From Chloroflexota bacterium (GTDB lineage: Bacteria > Chloroflexota > Dehalococcoidia > Lucifugimonadales > JADFKI01): a stretch of DNA of 12,945 nt. Under the pieces are notes generated by a model. The model searched no databases, had not been told where the DNA came from, and saw nothing but the letters and a program-made list of their open reading frames with translations. Shown here piece by piece: positions 7,924-12,945 of this stretch. The stretch lies in the NCBI GenBank assembly GCA_027623195.1, contig JAQBUT010000046.1, forward strand, positions 1 to 12,945, read 5' to 3'. The translations under genes and the position numbers were made by a program. Numbering within the stretch: position 1 is the stretch's first letter; the number at the start of each line of letters is the position of its first letter.

Positions 7924-8125
7924 GCTTTTCGCCATCCGGACAAGTCCAGGTCAACCGGCGTAACCCCCGCTGACTGCCTGGATCAAGTCATTCATCTTCT
8001 ATGTTATCGAGGTGGGGCGGTATTTCCACGTAGTCGATACGTGACTTGATAGGCGATAGCACCCACTGTGGAAACATGGGCATACAGTAGGTCGTTACGC
8101 GGTAAACGAGGTGTTCGTTTCGTAT
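7924..8125 (+). ncRNA. Candidate structured ncRNA, possibly 6S RNA (ssrS)
   Basis: Perfect TATAAT at 7912-7917. Nested stems 7954-7964/8094-8103, 7976-7990/8042-8054, 8005-8010/8034-8039 and 8012-8017/8024-8029. GNRA-capped hairpin 8062-8080. 3' hairpin 8104-8120. Length about 190-200 nt; the ends are approximate. Confidence 0.4.
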
Positions 8126-8141
8126 TTGGCAGGGACGCTGT

Positions 8142-9317
8142 TTATGCGCCTGGCTGCTCTGAAACGGGGCACCACGCGCCAAGAGCGCCGGGCCCAATGG
8201 GCGTCGGCTTGCTATCAGGCGTAATCGACAGAGTGAAGATTTGTGACATGCGGCTGTCTGGAAGGCTCGTTCGAACAGCCTGAGGGCCAAGCCTGCCTGC
8301 GAATATGAGGCTCCGGCTGTCGTGGGACCATGGCGAGTGGGACTGGCCGTACTGGTCGAAAAACATAAAGATGTTCAACTGCTCTCGCGTGGGCTGGAAA
8401 TCGACCAGGTAGTGCTTTTCCTTAGTATTCACGTTAAGGATTCCCCACCTTATTGAGCCTTCGCCCTCTAAGGATGGCGTAATGTAAGCCACGTAAGCGC
8501 CGTCTGGAGACCAGAAGAAGGACAAGAAGCGGTCGGTAAGTATCTGCTCTTCAGTCTCCTCCTCTGTATCCACTAGCCAGAGACCGCCATAGAATCCCGA
8601 CCCCATATCAAGGTCTTTCGCCAGCCCAATGTGGCGACCGGCCGGGTGCCAGCCAAAGGTAGCTGACCCATCCACTTCCGACACCATGTGGGCGCCCTCT
8701 CCGTCTGTGCTTGCCACCAGCAAACCCTGTTGGGTGTCGTTCAACTCACCGCAGAAGGCCATTTGGCTGCCAATCGGACTCCAGGAAGGAGCCATATACT
8801 GGCCGGAGACCACGGGAATCTGCGCCGGTTCAAGATCATCAGACCTCATAAGGTAGTGGAGCAATCCCGAGTGAACCAGTATGAATTTGGAGTCCGGCGA
8901 CCAGGATGCGAAGAGAGGGCCACCTGATAGCAACTCCTTGGGCGCGCCGTCAGTGATGGTTCCCCGTACGAACAGGGTAAGACCGCCCCGCAAGACCTGC
9001 GAAACGAAAGCCAGGTTTTCGCTGTCCGGCGACCACATGGCATAGTGCGGCGTCTCGTGCGCGATGGCGTCCGTGCCGGGCTGGTTGGCGTATATTTCGG
9101 TTAGCGATTCGCCAATGGGGTCGGTGAGGCATATGCGCAGGCCGCCGTGCCCGTTCTCGCCCGCGCCATAACGGGACACCGCTACGGACCTTCCGTCCGG
9201 AGACCAGGTTGGCCATGTAAAGCGCATTCCCGCAGGCGTTAATGGTCGAGTTTGGCCGTTGACAGAAGAGCCAATCTGCACCCGACCGTCGGGGTCTACG
9301 AAAGCTATTAATGTCAT
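8142..9317 (-). CDS. TolB-like beta-propeller (PD40/WD40-like repeat) protein
   Basis: Repeated WSPDG/WSPDS/WSPIG/WHPAG/WSHDS motifs. The ATG at 9317 overlaps the upstream TGA (ATGA), so it is preferred to 9329. Confidence 0.85.
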   Translation of the reverse strand: MTLIAFVDPDGRVQIGSSVNGQTRPLTPAGMRFTWPTWSPDGRSVAVSRYGAGENGHGGLRICLTDPIGESLTEIYANQPGTDAIAHETPHYAMWSPDSENLAFVSQVLRGGLTLFVRGTITDGAPKELLSGGPLFASWSPDSKFILVHSGLLHYLMRSDDLEPAQIPVVSGQYMAPSWSPIGSQMAFCGELNDTQQGLLVASTDGEGAHMVSEVDGSATFGWHPAGRHIGLAKDLDMGSGFYGGLWLVDTEEETEEQILTDRFLSFFWSPDGAYVAYITPSLEGEGSIRWGILNVNTKEKHYLVDFQPTREQLNIFMFFDQYGQSHSPWSHDSRSLIFAGRLGPQAVRTSLPDSRMSQIFTLSITPDSKPTPIGPGALGAWCPVSEQPGA

Positions 9318-10168
9318 GCCGAGAACCAACTGGGCCTGCGGCTGGCCGTTATCTGCTCGATAACGGCCTCGTCAAATGGCAGGTCTATGTCGTGCCTGTG
9401 GAGAGGAGTCAGCGGCTCGCAAGGGATAGGCAAGCTTTCTGACAGCCGGTTGTAAGCAATTTCGGCCAGCGCTGGAAGCGACGCCACGTCCTCGGCGTTG
9501 TATCGAATCAGCGTCTCTCTGGCTGCATTATCTCCACGAGTCCATCGCCTCCAAAAGGTTATCGCGTCGTAGCCGTTCAGTGCGGTTAGACTGGTGGGCC
9601 TACCCACGCCCAAACGGGCCTCGATCGACTTGAGGCCGCCGCTGTACCCTGCCCGCTTGAGGGCGAAGCGCAGATCGATATGCGCCATGTTCTGGAACAT
9701 GCGACCGTAGAAATGCTCAACGTACGGAAGGTCGAAGGAGGTGCCGTTGAAGGTAACCACCATGTCGTACTTCTCCATGGCTTCTCTGAGGTCCTCAAGG
9801 TTTTCGTCGTAAACGTATGCCGAGTACCCTTCGGAGTCCAGGACTCCTACCATGGTGATTTGGCTGGTCTGCGGCGACAGGCCCGTAGTTTCGATGTCCA
9901 GGAATGCTGCGTTCGTCCGGAAGTCAGCGTATAGGCGCCACATATCTCGTGACGATAGACATGAGTTGAAATACCGAACGTTCTTTTCTTCCAGCTTGGC
10001 CTGAGATTCGGAGATCAGACTTTTCAAGTAGTCCCTTTGCCCATCTATCCGGGGGACCAACGATTCCGCTGAGATGAAGTCGTCCCAGGTGTGGACGCCA
10101 GATGTCCAAAGCTCTTGTTCAGTCACTTTGCCAACCCTGGGCAGATGTATGAATGTGTTTTTTAGCAA
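9314..10168 (-). CDS. RNase H-like (YprB / RNase_H_2, DEDD-type) exonuclease with N-terminal helix-hairpin-helix
   Basis: HLPRVGKVTEQELWTSG, FLDIETTG, TFNGTSFDLP, HIDLR, GGLKSIE, YNAEDV. TTG start. Confidence 0.88.
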   Translation of the reverse strand: MLKNTFIHLPRVGKVTEQELWTSGVHTWDDFISAESLVPRIDGQRDYLKSLISESQAKLEEKNVRYFNSCLSSRDMWRLYADFRTNAAFLDIETTGLSPQTSQITMVGVLDSEGYSAYVYDENLEDLREAMEKYDMVVTFNGTSFDLPYVEHFYGRMFQNMAHIDLRFALKRAGYSGGLKSIEARLGVGRPTSLTALNGYDAITFWRRWTRGDNAARETLIRYNAEDVASLPALAEIAYNRLSESLPIPCEPLTPLHRHDIDLPFDEAVIEQITASRRPSWFSA

Positions 10169-10319
10169 AACTCAGCACTTATAACTATGGAAGCATTTCA
10201 ATAGAAGTTAGTAATCGAGTGTAGCCAAAGAGTAAGGCAGTGTCCAGTTTACGCAGACTGCCATTGCCGTCCGCTGTGTCCATTATCGGCGGCCTCGCGA
10301 AAAATTCGTCATAAGGCCT

Positions 10320-10384
10320 GTGGTTCGACGGGCTCACCACGAATGTTGCTGCTAAAGTTCCGCTCACCCGGAGTCCGTCGAAGG
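10320..10384. repeat. REP-like palindromic element
   Basis: TTCGACGGGCTC (10324-10335) / GAGTCCGTCGAA (10371-10382), 11 of 12 complementary with the exception being G-T. Alternative pairing GTGGT/ACCAC (10320-10324/10336-10340). Confidence 0.6.
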
Positions 10385-10430
10385 ATAAAAGCCACCTAAT
10401 CGCGTATTATTGTGAAAAGATATTGTGGAC

Positions 10431-10472
10431 AATAAAAGTGGGGCGGAGCTACTAAAAGCTCCGCCCCACTTT
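10431..10472 (-). terminator. Rho-independent terminator of the sulfite oxidase gene, possibly bidirectional
   Basis: Perfect 16-bp inverted repeat AAAGTGGGGCGGAGCT (10435-10450) / AGCTCCGCCCCACTTT (10457-10472), 6-nt loop, minus-strand tail TTTTATT, 16 nt after the stop. Confidence 0.88.
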
Positions 10473-10488
10473 CCGATCCAGAGTTGAA

Positions 10489-11592
10489 TCAGGAAACGTT
10501 AATGCACACAGGTTTTACGCCGTTGATGACGTAACCGAGTTTGTTCCATCGGGTTTCCATTGGCTGAATATTACCCTTCTCGTCTTTTGCCCTGGCCAAG
10601 ATAGTGTGGTGACCGGCCGATTCGGGTTTCCAACTGTAATTCCACTGCTGCCATGCATACTCGTAACGAGGTCCCACCAGGTCGGCATCGTTCCATGTGT
10701 CGCCGCCGTCATGGCTCACCTGGACACTATCGATGTGTCCAGAACCGGACCAGGCAAGGCCAGATAGGTTGTGCCTATCCTTAGATAACTCCATGCCTGA
10801 CTGCGGCCAACTTATGAGCGATTTGACCTGGATATCCTCTACAGGAAGGGGGGTGCCGTCGTCATCTTCTATGACGTAACGGTCTCCCTGGAAGAAGCCG
10901 TGATATTTCTCTGTGATTACAGATATGCGCCCGAGCCACTTAACGGAAGCCATGCCGTACCATCGAGGTACAATCAGGCGAAGTGGAAAGCCGTGCTCCA
11001 TGGAAAGTGGTTCGCCGTTCATCTCGTAAGCAAGCAATACGTTTGGATTTTCGGCCATTTCCAGAGATAGGCTTCTAAGATATTGCTCCCTCTTGACACC
11101 AGGGGCAGGTTCGCCAGAGTCCAACCCTTCGAACAGTATCTCGACGGCGCCTGACTTGATTCCGACATTGGCCAGAATGTCCCTCAAGGGCACTCCACCC
11201 CATATGGCAGTGCTTACCGCGCCGTTTTGGAACGGGTTGCCAGGCACTCGAGGTTGCAGGTCGCTACGGTTATTGCCTGCGCACTCTATGGTGACGGGAA
11301 GAGTCTGCTTGGGGTATTGCCTAAAGTCTTCGAGCGTTAGTTCGAGTGGAACTGAGACGTGGCCATCAATAGTGAGCTTCCAAGAGGAGGTTTCTTCGGG
11401 CGTAGGCAAAGAATAGTGGTTGCGAACGTAAAATAAAAGGTTCGGCGTCAGCCAGCTTTGCAGGGTACTCTGGGGCGTCTCGCCGATAAGGGGTTCTTCT
11501 TCGATTGACACCAGGCCAATCTCTTTAGGCTGGGTACACAAAGGCTCTTTAGCCTTCGAGACCCCAGCCTCGATACATGTACACTGTAGCAT
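10489..11592 (-). CDS. Sulfite oxidase-family molybdopterin oxidoreductase with Mo-co dimerisation domain
   Basis: FYVRNH, Mo-ligand ECAGNNR, GAVSTAIWGGVPL, LAYEMNGEPL...HGFPLRLIVP.WYGMASVKWL, GLAWSG, ARAKDEKGNIQP. Start uncertain: ATG 11592 after GGAGG, or a later TTG/GTG. Confidence 0.93.
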   Translation of the reverse strand: MLQCTCIEAGVSKAKEPLCTQPKEIGLVSIEEEPLIGETPQSTLQSWLTPNLLFYVRNHYSLPTPEETSSWKLTIDGHVSVPLELTLEDFRQYPKQTLPVTIECAGNNRSDLQPRVPGNPFQNGAVSTAIWGGVPLRDILANVGIKSGAVEILFEGLDSGEPAPGVKREQYLRSLSLEMAENPNVLLAYEMNGEPLSMEHGFPLRLIVPRWYGMASVKWLGRISVITEKYHGFFQGDRYVIEDDDGTPLPVEDIQVKSLISWPQSGMELSKDRHNLSGLAWSGSGHIDSVQVSHDGGDTWNDADLVGPRYEYAWQQWNYSWKPESAGHHTILARAKDEKGNIQPMETRWNKLGYVINGVKPVCINVS

Positions 11593-11811
11593 CATGCCCT
11601 CCAATGAATGTTAAGGTAGACGGTCAGTCCATTCGCTTAATATATCTTAGTCTTAGAATATTTACAATGACCGGATGCCTAGTCTGGACCATAAAGCGAA
11701 CGCCTTCCGTTACCGCAATGGCAGGCGCATTCAGCCAGCGGTATACTGGTGCCAAAATCTGGAAGCCAGACGACGTTGTTTCAGTTCAAAATCTGATATC
11801 GGGAGGAAAAT

Positions 11812-12762
11812 ATGCAAGCAAATATTCCCAGCGAGGAAGAGGTCTTAACTTATTTTGACAAGCTAAGCAACTGGGGCCGATGGGGAGAAGAAGACCAGCT
11901 AGGCACGCTTAACTTTCTAACGGAAGAAAAGACTAAACGTGCGGTGTCCCTGGTACAGGAGGGCAAAACGATATCGTGCGCCCGAACCATTTCGTGGGAG
12001 CCTGCGGCCGATGTGTCTTCGACGCCGATTCACTACATGGTGGAGAGCGGCGAGGGCTGGGGCAGCGGCGACAAGGTTTCCTCAAGGCCAAGCCAGGCCT
12101 CAACTGACTTCTTCGGCCTGGTTTTCCACGGCTACACCATCACCCACATAGATAGCCTCGCCCACTTCTTCTGGAAGGGCAAGATGTATAACGGCCGCCC
12201 AGCTCACCTGGTTTCAACCAGCATGGGGGCGACTGTTGAGTCGGTGGAACTGGCTAAGGACGGCATCATAAGCCGAGGCGTTCTGGTAGACGTGCCTATG
12301 ATCAGAGGCATCGATTGGGTAGAAAGAGGCGAAGGCGTAATGCCCGAGGACATCCTTGCGGCTGAAGAGCGATGCGGGTTCAAGATAGAAGAAGGCGACG
12401 TTCTATTTATCCGCACGGGCAATTTGCATCGTCGTAATGTAGAGGGACCCGTCAACCCAAGAGAGGCCGGTTCGCCCGCCTGTCAGGCCGCATGCCTGCC
12501 GCTGTTCCATGAGCGAAGCGTCGCCGTGATGGGCAGCGATACCGGAAACGACGTCTCCCCCAGCCAATACGTCAGCATGTCCAATCCAATTCATCAGGTT
12601 GGCATCACGGCCATGGGTCTCTGGATCTTAGACAATCCAAACCTGGAGGAGTTGGCGGAGGCGTGTAAGGAAAGAAACCGCTGGGAGTTCTTGATTTCCA
12701 TCAATCCGCTGCGGCTATACAACACAACAGGTTCCCCAGTGAACCCGGTGGCGATTTTCTAA
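11812..12762 (+). CDS. Cyclase family (kynurenine formamidase-like) metal-dependent hydrolase
   Basis: NWGRWGEEDQLGTLN, HGYTITHIDSLAH, SRGVLVD, GDVLFIRTG, GSD, ILDN, TGSPVNPVAIF. RBS GGAGG 5 nt upstream. Confidence 0.92.
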   Translation: MQANIPSEEEVLTYFDKLSNWGRWGEEDQLGTLNFLTEEKTKRAVSLVQEGKTISCARTISWEPAADVSSTPIHYMVESGEGWGSGDKVSSRPSQASTDFFGLVFHGYTITHIDSLAHFFWKGKMYNGRPAHLVSTSMGATVESVELAKDGIISRGVLVDVPMIRGIDWVERGEGVMPEDILAAEERCGFKIEEGDVLFIRTGNLHRRNVEGPVNPREAGSPACQAACLPLFHERSVAVMGSDTGNDVSPSQYVSMSNPIHQVGITAMGLWILDNPNLEELAEACKERNRWEFLISINPLRLYNTTGSPVNPVAIF

Positions 12763-12770
12763 GAAATCGT

Positions 12771-12808
12771 CGCTTGTCGAACAGGCGTCATAGCGAATTT
12801 TTTGTGAC
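12771..12808 (+). terminator. Possible weak terminator region after the cyclase gene
   Basis: Hairpin CGCTTGT/ACAGGCG (12771-12787), an overlapping GTCATA/TGTGAC stem and a T6 run. The geometry is not canonical. Confidence 0.3.
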
Positions 12809-12945
12809 TACATAAACGTATTTATCTGTCGGCTTCGGATATAATAATAGTGTTAGATCCGGAGGTTCGCCGGGGGTATAAGGTGGATCTACTTATTCAA
12901 ACAACAATGAGGCCAAATTAAGAGAGTCTTCCGCTACTTGGGGGC

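Noticed and set aside
7889..7954. 22-aa N-terminal extension of MoxR from the TTG at 7954
   Set aside because: The ATG at 7888 has an RBS, and the extension covers promoter-like and structured sequence.
7938..7969. GGACAAGTCCAGG...GTAACCCCCG resembles the RNase P RNA 5' region
   Set aside because: It does not match GAGGAAAGTCC, there is no 3' ACAGAACCCGGCTTA-like motif, and the gap is too short.
7988..8290. 100-aa minus-strand ORF and its 31-aa internal version starting at 8083
   Set aside because: It overlaps the propeller gene out of frame, has no RBS, and coincides with a region better explained by RNA structure.
10185..10367. 60-aa minus-strand ORF
   Set aside because: It runs through the REP-like palindrome, with no RBS or recognisable motif.
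12838..12945. TATAAT at 12840-12845 and a possible downstream gene start
   Set aside because: There is no matching -35, only short frames are visible, and the window ends before a gene can be supported.
1..12945. CRISPR array, tRNA/rRNA genes, IS transposase, and remaining short ORFs of the track
   Set aside because: No regularly spaced direct repeats, cloverleafs or transposase motifs were seen. The other short ORFs lie inside or antisense to well-supported genes.

Overview
This is a bacterial chromosomal window containing one end of an integrated element. A large serine recombinase (135-1820, +) runs head-on into a comM/YifB AAA+ gene (-). That gene breaks off right after its NPCPCGY motif at about 1780, which marks the probable attachment junction. 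The last ~12 codons and the stop of the integrase are supplied by the antisense strand of host comM. The host side carries a MoxR / DUF58 / transglutaminase-like operon whose transglutaminase has no cysteine at all. It also carries a coupled RNase H-like exonuclease and TolB-like propeller pair, a sulfite oxidase-family molybdoenzyme and a cyclase-family metal hydrolase. Two intergenic regions look like unannotated structured RNA loci: 3030-3216, a 14-bp inverted repeat flanked by two inward-facing sigma70-like promoters, and about 7924-8125, which is 6S-like. There is also a REP-like palindrome and a strong terminator. The gene content tentatively suggests Chloroflexota (Dehalococcoidia/SAR202-like); this is inference only. 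All calls come from reading motifs by eye, and no searches were run.
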